A DNA stretch of 63,254 nt, the filler included, from Octopus bimaculoides (taxonomy: Eukaryota): NCBI RefSeq assembly GCF_001194135.2. It is 7 parts of 5 records of this genome, joined end to end, with 100 filler letters (N's around TTAATTAATTAA, not from the genome) between each part and the next. Parts side by side here need not be neighbours in the genome. Positions count along the whole stretch, not along the records: positions 50,646 to 58,015 come from NC_068987.1; positions 58,116 to 63,254 come from NC_068994.1; 5 more parts are not named here. One strand, 5' to 3'. Positions 50,646-63,192 of the stretch are shown here, one piece after another. The stretch's first letter is position 1. Each line of letters starts with the position of its first letter. The position numbers were made by a program, and so were the translations under genes. The notes under the pieces are model-generated. The model did no database searches and was not told the DNA's origin. It worked only from the letters and a program-made list of their open reading frames with translations.

Positions 50646-50917
50646 TACCCTTAACGTAGTTCTCGGGGATATTCAGCGTGACACAGTGTGACAAGGCTGA
50701 CCCTTTGAATTACAGGTACAACAGAAACAGGAAGTAAGAGTGAGAGAAAGTTGTGGTGGAAGAGTACAGCAGGGTTCACCACCATCCCCCGCCGGAGCCT
50801 CGTAGAGCTTTAGATGTTTTCACTCAATAAACACTCACAACGCCCGGTCTGGGAATCAAAACCGCGATCCTATGACTGCGAGTCCGCTGCCCTAACCACT
50901 GGGCCATTGCGCCTCCA
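50646..50917 (-). mobile_element. tRNA-derived SINE, distinct family
   Basis: Reverse complement ggaggcgcaatggcccagtggttagggcagcggactcgc..ggttttgattcccag has A- and B-box-like motifs; no tRNA 3' end, continues into a SINE body. Confidence 0.8.
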
Positions 50918-52063
50918 TTATGTGTTTGTAACCTCAACTAATTTTGTTCGTGATAAGCTTTGATTTTTTGTATATTTCAAATTCTTTGTTTTGGATTTTT
51001 ACATTCTCTATAAGAAACGTTCATTTCCATTTCGTGGACTTTCGAAACAAAATGTATGGAACCAATTATATTTGTTATCGCTAGACATTCTACTTTAATA
51101 TGAGAATGTGGAAATGACTTGAGGAGCTGTTATCTTACCTAATGATTTTCTGGTAAATGCACTTTTGTTGGTTAGTAGCTTAAGTGAAGCTTAAACTCGG
51201 TGGCTTTGACATAAATCAAAAGGAATAATAATAAAAAAAAAAGACACAGCTACATTTGAGGAGAGAATTAGAAACTTACAATTCGCGAAAATTACGAAAC
51301 ACCTAATTAATTGTTTCAAAGTAAATGTTAAGGTTGTAACCTTAATATTACTCCAGGGCGGAAATTTCGCACGTACAGTAATTGCCAAATCCACAGCACC
51401 AGGTGAGTTATATTCTGGATATTGACTGACTCAGAAACGAAACTGTTTGACTGAAAGAAGATGCATGAATCTGACAGCACCAGAGATAAACGAAAATCTA
51501 ACTAGATCGAATTTGCGATACTTGAATTGTCAGGCCCATAAGTTATCCCTCGTAATTCACGTCACAAAATGGTTATGTACAAAGGGTTAGAAATATATGG
51601 TTATACAGAATTAACCGACAGTTCAATATGGAGGACAGAGATATACCAGAAACGACCAATTAATGAAATAAGATCAGCGATGTGTTCCAAAATAGCATCA
51701 TCATCATGGATCATACGAGAACTGTTCAATAATGATTCTTCATTAACCATGAAGAGGTTTAGTTTGAGATTTAATTTAGTTGATTTAATTTTTCCCTAGT
51801 GCGAGATAACTTTCAATCCTAGAGTAAAACCACCCTCGCTAACTTCATGTAAAAGAAGTGTCCATTGCAATGAACTGCACAAAAAGGGTTCTCTGTTTAG
51901 GTATTTTGGGGGACTGCACAGAAATAGTAACGGTAGAATGACGCTTTTGCAATATTACCGTCGTCGACTTTGCTTTTCATTCTATCGGCGAATACCATTT
52001 AAAACATATTTTTGCGCATAGCTACTCCGACTTCACATTAGCGATATTTCGCCCGACTATTAT

Positions 52064-52147
<84 letters not shown>

Positions 52148-52492
52148 TAGATCCTGGTAGGGTGTAAAGGTAGGGTATTTCCAGAGAAGCACTCAACTTG
52201 AGTTCTTGGTTATCAACATTGTCAGATTCCAGACTAATACCGAAATTCTTCAAATTTAGAAAATCCTGTTGTGTGATTGTGACGAAGAGTAAACAATAAT
52301 TCAGGTTAATAAGAAGACAAAGAAATCCTTAAACACATTTTTAATGATTCCTTACAATTGTTTCTGTACCAAATCTGCTTGCAACGCCAGTTTACGCAAA
52401 ACTCGAAGTGAAAATTTGCGTAATGTTTGCGGTTTTAGACATTAGGGTCGCACTTCATCAGACATGAATCAAATTTTACGCACACACACACG

Positions 52493-52531
<39 letters not shown>

Positions 52532-52535
<4 letters not shown>

Positions 52536-53163
52536 TTAATAATGAGGGTAGAAATTGATATTAATCAATTAAAACCAGTGGCCTAGCATATTTAAAAAAA
52601 ACCCGAAGATTAAAATTATATTACATACAAAATCAAGAGGAATGACCACCAAATATGGACTCCTATATGCTAGAAATAGATGCCAAATAACCTAACCACG
52701 AAGAGTATGTTCTCAAGAAAAAAATTTCAGCAAGACGCCAGACTGTAAAAATGAGCAAGACAAATGAAAATATACTAAATAAAAAAACGATTACCTATGT
52801 ACCAATGGTTTTACCTGTTAATATTTACACAAGTAAATATCTGCAGGATCATCAGCGTAGTCTATCGATTACAAAATATAATTCCCAGAACTAGACACAG
52901 AACGTTCACCCGAAAGGAAGCATGTGTAAAGTTCTGCAAATTACATTCGGTGTATTTTTCAAATGTCTTCAATCTTTTTCGTGACAACATACTCTTCGTG
53001 GTTAGGTAACTTGGCATCTATTTCTAGCATATAGGACTCCATTTTTGGTGGCCATTCCTCTTAAGTTTGTATGTAATATAATTTTAATCTTCGGATTTTT
53101 TAAATATGCTAGGCCACTGGTTTTAATTGATTAATATCAATTTCTACCCTCGTTATTAAATTT
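52532..53163. mobile_element. Foldback/long-TIR element (about 190-bp arms, about 250-bp spacer)
   Basis: 52532 to about 52720 is the near-perfect reverse complement of about 52972 to 53163. Confidence 0.88.
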
Positions 53164-53444
53164 TTAAATAACGATGTTCTCTAACCCGTAAATTACCTGC
53201 AAAAATTTATTANNNNNNNNNNNNNNNNNNNNNNNNNNNNNNNNNNNNNNNNNNNNNNNNNNNNNNNNNNNNNNNNNNNNNNNNNNNNNNNNNNNNNNNN
53301 NNNNNNNNNNNNNNNNNNNNNNNNNNNNNNNNNNNNNNNNNNNNNNNNNNNNNNNNNNNNNNNNNNNNNNNNNNNNNNNNNNNNNNNNNNNNNNNNNNNN
53401 NNNNNNNNNNNNNNNNNNNNNNNNNNNNNNNNNNCAGCGCGCCA

Positions 53445-53521
53445 GATTGCTATAGCCTCGGGCCGACCAAAGCCTTGTGAGTGGATTTGGTAGGCGGAAA
53501 CTGAAAGAAGCCCGCCGTGTA

Positions 53522-53566
<45 letters not shown>

Positions 53567-53810
53567 GTGTGCATGGATGTGTGCGCGTTTGCGCCTGTGG
53601 GTCTACGTTTGTCCCCCAACACTGCTTGACAACCGATGTTGATGTGTTTACGACCCTGTAACTTAGCGGTTCGGCAAAAAGTTTCGATTGAAAGATTACC
53701 AGGCTTTTAAAAGAAGAGCCATGAGGTCGATTCATTCGACTAAAAATTCTTCAAGACAGTGCCCCAGCATGGCCGCAGTTTAATGACTAAAGCAAGTGAA
53801 AGACGAAAGA
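53445..53810 (+). mobile_element. SINE family A, head partly in gap
   Basis: ctatagcctcgggccgaccaaagcc...(TG)n...gactaaagcaagtgaaaga. Confidence 0.8.
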
Positions 53811-53921
53811 TACTGCACTTCAGAATACCAAATAAATCTCCCTACACCTTTTTTTTTCTGTTTTACTAAATTTTCACCTATGAACAGACAGACAGACAGA
53901 CAGACAGATAGACAGATAGAC

Positions 53922-53986
<65 letters not shown>

Positions 53987-54187
53987 TGTATGTGTATGTT
54001 TGTGTGTATATACATGTGTGGGTGTTTGTGTAAACAGAGTTAGCGGTTATAGTAACCGACTAAGGGATGAAATATCCGAATATACTATCAGTATCCGTTA
54101 CCTGTATTATCCCCGTGCATTGGTGTGCCGGCACACCATCACGTAGAGTGCAGATAGCAACAGGATAAACAAGAGTTTATCAGGAAC

Positions 54188-54218
<31 letters not shown>

Positions 54219-54429
54219 ATACACGCACACATGCACACACGAACACGTATGCACACAGGCACACACTTATACTCACCTCGAGTCTTTGCGAAGTTCTACA
54301 TATACATATCTAGACGTATATCTGCGTATATCTGTATAGAAAGACAAACAGACAGACATACAGACACACAAACAGACACACAGACAGACACACAAACAGA
54401 CACACAGACAGACACACAGACAGACACAC

Positions 54430-54498
<69 letters not shown>

Positions 54499-54500
<2 letters not shown>

Positions 54501-55745
54501 AGGGTTGGACAAAATAATAGAAGCACCTTAAAATTTCAAACAAATTTATTTTAATATGGGATAGGACCGCCTTTTTCAGTAATTACAGCTTGAACTCTAC
54601 AAGATATGGATTCGTACAAAGTGTGAATTGTTCCCAACGGAATTTTTATCCATTCTTCAACTAAAACAGTCTCCAGTTCTTGTAGTGATGATGGTGGAAG
54701 ATATCGACTCCTTACTTGTTTTTCTAAAATGCACCATAAATGTTCAATAATATTGAGATCTGGGGACTGTGGTGGTCAGATAAGATGTTCAACTTCACTA
54801 GAATGTTCCTCGTACCATTCAGTAACAAATTTAGCTGTGTGAATTGGTGCATTATCATCCTGAAAGATTGCGTTTCCCACCGGAAACAGTTCCGCAATCA
54901 TAGGATGAATTTGGTCAGATAAAATGCTTAAATAGTCTTGACTATCAATTCTGCCATGAAGGGAAAACATTAGGCCGGCAGATTTCCAAGATATAGTCCC
55001 TCGCCCCCAGATCATCACAGATCCCCCTCGATGTTTAACAGTTGAAAGAAGGCAGTCTGAGTCAAATGCTTCTTTTGGCTGTCTCCTTACGTATACTCGG
55101 CCGGAGGTCAGAAATAAGGTAACGGGTGACTCGTCCGAGAAAATAACAATCGCCAATGTTCTAGGCACCAATTCTGTCGGTTTTTACTCCACTCTAAATG
55201 CTTTGCAACGTTTGTTTTTGAAAGTAGTGTCTTTTGTGATTGCAGCCCTCCCGTGAAATCCAGCTTTGTGCAACTCCCGGTGAACAGTTTTTTTGGGAGT
55301 AATTTTGGGAGCTGTAATTTTGTGATCTTTTCTAACAATTCGCGTAAGAGTCCGACGGTCCATATCTGAAAATTTTGGTTTTCTTCCGGAGTTTTGTTTC
55401 GACGAAGATGTTTTTCCCTCTTTCTCAACCGTTGTCATTACTTTCGAGACAGTACTTCTTGATATACCAAACATTTCGGCTGTTTTCGTTACATTAGCGC
55501 CTGTTATACGAGCACCAACAATTTGACCTCTTTGAAAGTTCGATAGATCTGTCATTTTAATGAATTTTAATTAGCTTTTTCTGATGATATCTGAAAAGAA
55601 ACAGCGATTTTAGCAAAACATATTAAGCAACACTAATAATAAATCAAAAAACATAAAAAATAAACAAGCTTTTGACGGTTTTATAGATATTTCAAAATTA
55701 TGACGCTATGATGCTAGGTGTTTCCATTATTTTGTCCAACCCCTG
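54499..55745 (-). mobile_element. Full-length defective Tc1 (DD34E) transposon
   Basis: About 30-bp TIRs (caggggttggacaaaataatggaaacacct), TA on both sides. Transposase from 55555: MTDLSNFQRGQIVG, IFSDES, FQDDNAPIH, PPQSPDLNIIEHLW; two frameshifts and a stop. Confidence 0.95.
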
Positions 55746-56140
55746 TAGATAGATAATCAGTCAGCACATTGAATTCTCACATCCTTTTAGATCCGTTAAC
55801 ACACATACACATTCATATACTCACACATTTTCGTCCACAGAGTTATACTATCATAAGTGTATCGTCAGGAAGTATAGAAAGCGGACGACAGAGGGGGATA
55901 AAGTCGGAGGGGGAGAGGGAGATTTTAGCAAAAGATCAAAAGTAGGAAGAGAGAATGCTTCAATAAACGAAAGAGCAGACGAAAGTGAAAGAGAAAATGA
56001 ATGAATCAGAAAAGGAACCGAATGAACAGATGAGAGACAGCCAGTTATCCTAAAAGATCGACAGTAAGAGAAGGGAGACGCGTAAAGATAAAAAACGAAG
56101 GCGCGAAAAGATAAAAAACGAAGGCGTGAAAAGAAGAAAA

Positions 56141-56236
56141 ATATCGTCTGCATGAGATATCGTCTGCATGAGATATCGTCTGCATGAGATATCGTCTGCA
56201 TGAGATATCGTCTGCATGAGATATCGTCTGCATGAG
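56141..56236. repeat. Perfect 16-bp tandem repeat ATATCGTCTGCATGAG x6
   Basis: Units start at 56141, 56157, 56173, 56189, 56205, 56221. Confidence 0.97.
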
Positions 56237-56728
56237 AGATCGATTCAGAACTAAAAAGAAAGGGCTTATGAACTAGAAAGCGATAGAGAAAGAGATAGTC
56301 AGAGAGAAAGACAAAAAAGAAAAAAGAAAAGAAGATGAATTAGCAGTGTCGTCAGCGCGTTAGATAAAATGCATTGCAAGTATTTGTTTCAACTCTATTC
56401 ATTCTGAGTTCAAAATACGCCTTTCATCATTTTCTAGAATCATAAACGATTGAAAAATATAGCAATCCGGAAAGGAGGCGTGATGGAACTAATAGAAAAC
56501 CGAACTGGATGCCTTGTATTCTGAATTCGAACCATGCCATGGGTGATATAAGCTTAATTTTCTAAATTTTTCATTCTCTCTTAGGATGTTGTAATCAATC
56601 TCTTTGAGTTCTGTTGTATAATTTGTAGTCCCTTTTGTAATTAATAAACGAATATTTCTCTTATCAACGGTAGTCCAACCATGACCAACCCGTATTTTCA
56701 TTTTTAGCAAACGATACCCAGACTTTAC

Positions 56729-56791
<63 letters not shown>

Positions 56792-57177
56792 ANNNNNNNN
56801 NNNNNNNNNNNNNNNNNNNNNNNNNNNNNNNNNNNNNNNNNNNNNNNNNNNNNNNNNNNNNNNNNNNNNNNNNNNNNNNNNNNNNNNNNNNNNNNNNNNN
56901 NNNNNNNNNNNNNNNNNNNNNNNNNNNNNNNNNNNNNNNNNNNNNNNNNNNNNNNNNNNNNNNNNNNNNNNNNNNNNNNNNNNNNNNNNNNNNNNNNNNN
57001 NNNNNNNNNNNNNNNNNNNNNNNNNNNNNNNNNNNNNNNNNNNNNNNNNNNNNNNNNNNNNNNNNNNNNNNNNNNNNNNNNNNNNNNNNNNNNNNNNNNN
57101 NNNNNTCTCTTATCAACGGTAGTCCAACCATGACCAACCCGTATTTTCATTTTTAGCAAACGATACCCAGACTTTAC

Positions 57178-57240
<63 letters not shown>

Positions 57241-58244
57241 AGAGAAGAGAATAATAGGAATGACAAAATCAGATTCAGCGTAAAAAATTGCACGAATATA
57301 CCAAATTTGAAAATTCTTACTTCATTAGAACTTCAAAAGCTATGACAGCAACACAAAAGAGCCATAAATTTTTTCTGCCAGATGAAATAAAGCAAAACAT
57401 ACGGTTGAACAGGAATGTCAACAATTTATAAAGGAAAAATCATCATTGAAACTTTTTTTGCGACAAATCACAAAAATAAAAATCTATACGTTATACTGTA
57501 GCAATAGTTCAGTTCAGGTGAACAATTATTACATTCTATGTAGCGAAAATTCAAAAACGAAAGTTCAGAAAATTAATGCTCATCAGAGAAAACACGTAGA
57601 GATACATGCAGGGGTAGTATTAAGGAGACTACTACATGGCTTGTTACTCAGGAAGCAGACATCAATGTGTCTGTGGCTTTCGATTGGCTGAGATTACATC
57701 AAAATTTGCAAACCTTTAAAAGCTATTGCTTTATTGTTTGTTAATTTATGGCAAAAGTGAATTTCATTTTCATAATTAGCATACAAAACTATATCGGTAC
57801 ACCGTATTTGAAGAAGAAAGTAACAAAACTAAGAAAATTGAAAACTGTGACAGCAACAGAAGAGATCCCAAATGAGGGGGGGGGAGAAAAGAAGATAAAA
57901 AGAAAAAAGCAAACAGAAGGAAGGAAAACAAACAAACAAGTAAGTATAAGCAAATTCTAAAAAACAATATCTAGTAAATACCACATACAAAGTGAGACAG
58001 AAAGATAAGGGGAAANNNNNNNNNNNNNNNNNNNNNNNNNNNNNNNNNNNNNNNNNNNNTTAATTAATTAANNNNNNNNNNNNNNNNNNNNNNNNNNNNN
58101 NNNNNNNNNNNNNNNATGTGTGTATTTATCGATGTGGCTACTGATGTATTTGTTAGACAATAATCGCCAGGGTCAAGCCCATTAAACTTTCAGTCACTGC
58201 AAATCTACCTTCTGTCCAGATTGAGCTCTCTAATATTGTGCACA

Positions 58245-58315
<71 letters not shown>

Positions 58316-58655
58316 GCATGCTCATACTCACTCGCACACCTTTTCACACATTCGCATATTCAGGTGATAATTAGTCTGAGATAGATACCAGGTAATTCGT
58401 AAACAAAGTACGCATGGATTTAAACGACTAGATTACCTATATTCCGAGTTAAAGAGGGAGGGCATAGAGATCTAATTCTGTGATTGTTCTTAATTAATTA
58501 AAGAAGAAAAAAAACAAAACAAAGATCACATGATTTTATTAATTCCTGTACTCATACACACACACACACACACGTTTATATATATGTATATGTGTTTGTG
58601 TATTATATATGAGCACATGTCTATATACATGTGTGTGAATGTATATTTATATATA

Positions 58656-58911
58656 GGCGCAGGAGTGGCTGTGTGGTAAGTAGCTTGCTTACCAGCCACA
58701 TGGTTCCGGGTTCAGTCCCACTGCGTGGCACCTTGGGCAAGTTTCTTCTACTAAAGCGTCGGGCCGACCAAAGCCTTGTGAATGGTTTTGGTAGACGGAA
58801 ACTGAAAGAAGCCTGTTTATATATGTATATATATAAATATGTATGTCTGTGTATATGTTTGTGTGTCTGTGTTTGTCCCCCCAACTTCGCTTGACAACCG
58901 ATGCTGGTGTG
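58656..58911 (+). mobile_element. SINE family A, low divergence
   Basis: ggcgcaggagtggctgtgtggtaagtagcttgcttacc...; the tail is truncated at a TA tract. Confidence 0.88.
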
Positions 58912-58933
58912 TTATATATATATAGATATACAT

Positions 58934-59064
58934 GATGGGCTTTTTCCAGTTTCCGTCTACCGAATCCACTCACAAGTCTTTGTTCGACCCGAGGCTATAG
59001 TTGTAGACACTTGCCCAAGGTGCCATGCAGCAGGACTAAATCCACATGGTTGTTAAGCAAGCTA
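58934..59064 (-). mobile_element. SINE family A head, inverted relative to 58656
   Basis: Reverse complement of about 58680-58812. Confidence 0.82.
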
Positions 59065-59099
59065 GTGTGTGTGTGGGGGGTGGGTACAGGTACACAATC

Positions 59100-59590
59100 A
59101 ATTTCCTGGTATCTTTGGTTCCAAAGCCTTGATAGATTTACCATCGTTGCAAACCATCCGTGGTCGGGTGATAATAATTCATCATCATACCTGTAACCTA
59201 CTAGTTCAACATCACCCATGCTATTCATACCACATAGCTTATGTACCAAAACACTGTGGTCCACATTTTGCTCCAACAGTTCTACTTCGTCCTGGATTGA
59301 TGTTTGCATTTGGCTCTACCATTCTCAGTCCTCATATCTGTAGTAGCTATAGATAGTGGGTAGAGCTTTAGGCTAAAAACAGCAGCGGCTCTCTCAAAAT
59401 TTCGTATCGTCACTTACAAGGGCAATGCAAATAACACATGTTAGGCACAGGAAGCACACAATGCCACATGTGGTCCATGAAGCGAACGAGACTGGCGGCC
59501 ATGAAAATTTCAAGTTCTTTCTTGTAAGTTGTCCGGATTAAAGGAAATACTGGATCATTAGTCGCCAGGGAAATCGGTGCTGCACTATAT
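59100..59590 (-). mobile_element. CR1/L2-type LINE RT relic
   Basis: APISL..KELEIFMAASLVRFMD, then NVDHSVLVHKLCG, then RMVCNDGKS; these follow the order NYRPISL / FDxVDHxxLLxKL / RxQxVxxNG. Confidence 0.55.
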
Positions 59591-59635
59591 TTGTAAGCAT
59601 GTGCGTGTGCATGCACGTGTGCATATGTGTATGTT

Positions 59636-59678
<43 letters not shown>

Positions 59679-60326
59679 GTATATATTGATATTTATATAC
59701 ATATATCTGCATATACATGTATGTCAAGTGAACGCCACTCATTGCTGAAGTGGGACGGTTTAGTCTATATTTAATTCTTTTTCTTTTCGGTTTCCTGCGA
59801 CGTAGCCATACGCACTTGCGTATGGTGTGTATAAATCTATATTAGATGCCCTACTTTAACCCTCCTACTGTGACTAGAGGGCTGATGTGTGTGTGTGTGT
59901 GTGTGTGTGTCTGTGTGTAGAGGGAGAGGGATCATGTGATGTTAGCTGATCACGTACACACGGCATTAAATTACATGTTTGAGGTGTGTGTGTGTGTTTG
60001 TAGGCGTAGGTGCTTGGATTTGTTTACTATCATCATCATCATCATCGTCATCGTCATTATTATTACCATTATTATTATTATTACTATTATTATTATTATT
60101 ATTATTATTGAGGCAGCATGCTAGCAGAATCCTTAGCACACTGGGGGAAAATACTTAGCGGTATTTCGTCCATCTTCATGTTTTGGGGTTCAAATTCTGC
60201 CAAGGTCGACTTTGCCTTTCATCCTTTTAGGAACAATAAATTTAGTACCAGTTGCGTACTGGGGTTGGTGTAAGTGACTTATCCCCTCATCCAAAAAATG
60301 ATTGCCCTTGTGGCAAAATTTGAAAC

Positions 60327-60387
<61 letters not shown>

Positions 60388-60406
60388 TATCATTATTATT
60401 TATTTA

Positions 60407-60450
<44 letters not shown>

Positions 60451-60705
60451 GATTATTATTATTATTAAGGCGGCGAGCTGGCAGAATCGTTAGCGGTGTT
60501 TCGTCTGCCTTTTCGTTCTGAGTTCAAATTCCGCCGAGGGCCGATTTTGCCTTTTCACCCATTCAAGCTCGATAAATTAAGTACTAGTTGCATAATGAGG
60601 TAAATCTAATTGACTGCCCTCTTCCCACTTCCCCAAAAATTCCAGGCCTTGTGCCTATAGTAGAATGGAATATTATACATTATAATATACAAAATAATAT
60701 AGAAC

Positions 60706-61053
60706 AGTGTCGCCTTACTGGCACTTGTGCCGGTGGCATGTGAACAAAACATTCGAGCGAAGTCATTGCCAACGCCGCTGGACTGACTCCTGTGCAGGTG
60801 GCACATAAAAAAGACCATTTGAGCGTGGCCATTGCCAGTACCACCAGACTGGTCCTCGTGCCGGTGTCACGTAAAAGCACCCACTACACTCTCAGAGTGG
60901 TTGGCATTAGGAAGGGCATCCAGCTGTAGAAACTCTGCCAGATCAGATTGGAGTCTGGTGCAGCCATCTGGTTCGCCAGTCCTCAATCAAATCGTCCAAC
61001 CCATGCCACCATGGAAAGCGGACGTTAAACGATGATGATGATGATGATGATGA
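60706..61053 (+). mobile_element. Family C long copy (modular RTE 3' UTR plus tail)
   Basis: Aligns module by module with 7330-7655 and ends in (GAT)n. Confidence 0.85.
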
Positions 61054-62017
61054 ATATAGTATAATAGCATGATATTATAATATCATATTCTATGATATAG
61101 TATCATGTTATAATGTTATGTATTGTGTGATATTATACATTATACATATAGCTCGATATAAAAGCTTAATTATCCATTGTAGTGTGGTATAATATGTGGT
61201 ATATTCTAATATAATTACAGCTCCTCTTTAAAACTATAGCTGTCACCATCACCACCACCACCGCTACAACCACCACTACTCCTATTAACCTTTAGTTTTC
61301 GGTTTCATCTCCCACTCTTCTTATATGCAATTATTCCATCTCACCCCTTCCTAGCACACTCCCTTCTTCTTTTTCTCTCCCTTTCTCTCTTTCTCTCTCC
61401 CTCTCTTAGTGATGCTTTGTTTTGCTCTCTCTGTCTCTTTCTCTTAATGATGTCTTACTCTCTCTCTCTCTCTATCTATCTATATATATATCTATATATC
61501 TCTCCAGTCCCCCATCACTTCTGCTCCCCTCCTCCCCTTCCCCTTCCTCCAATCATTGCCCCTATGCCCTAAGATCATTCCTCCTCCTCCACCCCTTCTA
61601 TTCTTTTCCATTTTCTTCTCTTATAGCTCTCCCTCCTTACCCCCCCCACCATCTATTCAATTCACCACCACCACCACCACCCACCCACTCCTTCATTTAC
61701 CCACTCATACTCTCTCTCTGTCTCTCNNNNNNNNNNCCCCCCACCATCTATTCAATTCACCACCACCACCACCACCCACCCACTCCTTCATTTACCCACT
61801 CATACTCTCTCTCTGTCTCTCTCTCTCTCTCTCTCCCTCTCTCTCTCTTCCTCTTAATGCTATGCTATATGCTTAGCTATGCTATCCTATCCATCTCACC
61901 TACCACACTTCTTTTCCTCCTCCTCCTCCAACAATTGTTCTGTTATAATATGCTCCCTCCCACTTTTACTCCTGTTCTATACAAATCTTTCTCTCTCTCT
62001 CTCTACTCCCTCTCTCT

Positions 62018-62080
<63 letters not shown>

Positions 62081-62215
62081 ATCTATCCATCTTTCTCCCC
62101 CCCCCTCTCTCTCACACCTATTTACATTTCACCCACCTTCAGTGCAATCAAGGTATGTTATCTCCAACAGCTGGTACCTTTGTTTACCAAAACAGCTGTA
62201 GCAGCAACTCCTGTG

Positions 62216-62253
<38 letters not shown>

Positions 62254-62449
62254 AGGAAAGAAGACTGGAAGCTCTTACAGCACTGCTTCCCCGACCACCA
62301 CCAGCATGCCACCCCCTCTGTAACCCCCTCCCTATTCCTCCTTCCTCTCCATTCTGGGTCCTGGGTCTCCCCTTTTTTTTCTTTCTCTCCCTGTCCCTAA
62401 CAATTACCCTCATATTTGCATGCACACATGTAACTGGGTGTTGTCAGGG

Positions 62450-62489
<40 letters not shown>

Positions 62490-62659
62490 ATGGGTGAATA
62501 TGTGCACGTGTGTGTCCCCGTGTGCATGTGCAAATATACATGTTTCTGTTGTGCGTGTGTGTTCTGTGTGCATGTATGCACTATGTGCCTTGATGCATAC
62601 ATGCATGGATGAATGCACATATGAATAACTATGTAAAATATATATTATATATCTATACG

Positions 62660-62723
<64 letters not shown>

Positions 62724-63192
62724 GTGTGTGTGTGTGTGTGCGCGTACCTGTGACAGTTTTAAGTATTTATATGAGTATATGTGCATTTGGCAATATATAC
62801 ATACATATATACACACACACACATATATATGTTACCTAAGTAAATGCATGTTGCTTGTATATATGTGCACGCACACACATACACACATGCACACAAACAC
62901 ACACATACAAGCACATATATATGTATACATATGTATATATATAATGTGTGTGTGTGTGTGTACCTGTGACAGTTTTAAGTATTTATACGAGTATATGTGT
63001 ACTTGGCAATGCATAAATACATATACATACATTCACACACACACACGCACGCGCACACACATATATACATGCACACGCATTTATATATAGATATAGATAG
63101 ATAGAGAGATAGATATAGATATATATATATAAATACACACATACACATGTTATGTAAGTAAATGCTTGTGTGCTTGTATAGATGTGTGCGCA

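Noticed and set aside
50830-50917. tRNA gene
   Set aside because: A and B boxes are present but the acceptor stem is not closed and the sequence continues into a SINE body.
51569-51799. 76-aa ORF MVMYKGLEIYG...
   Set aside because: Resembles an RTE 3' end (D..IWR) followed by a CAT repeat; no ORF support beyond chance.
52140-52290. Minus-strand frame DFLNLKNFGISLESDNVDNQEL
   Set aside because: No donor; resembles the YLG..I..D region of a LINE RT relic.
56141-56236. CRISPR-like array
   Set aside because: Repeats are directly adjacent with no spacers; eukaryotic context.
56489-56727. 78-codon minus-strand frame after a (TTTC)n acceptor; lectin-like WSWLD in another frame
   Set aside because: KIRVGHGW...LLITKG parallels the RTE segment RIRITW...LLVTKG at 6480; the lectin-like frame has stops.
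56650-57240. Direct repeat of about 75 bp plus (GAAA)n on both sides of a gap
   Set aside because: Identical overlap flanking an N run is most simply an assembly artefact.
59191-59583. Two minus-strand exon candidates with gtaagt and gtatga donors
   Set aside because: Stops or phase conflicts; the peptides match CR1/L2 RT motifs (PISL, VDHSVLVHKL).
61630-61830. Exact duplication of about 95 bp across a 10-N gap
   Set aside because: Typical unmerged contig overlap.
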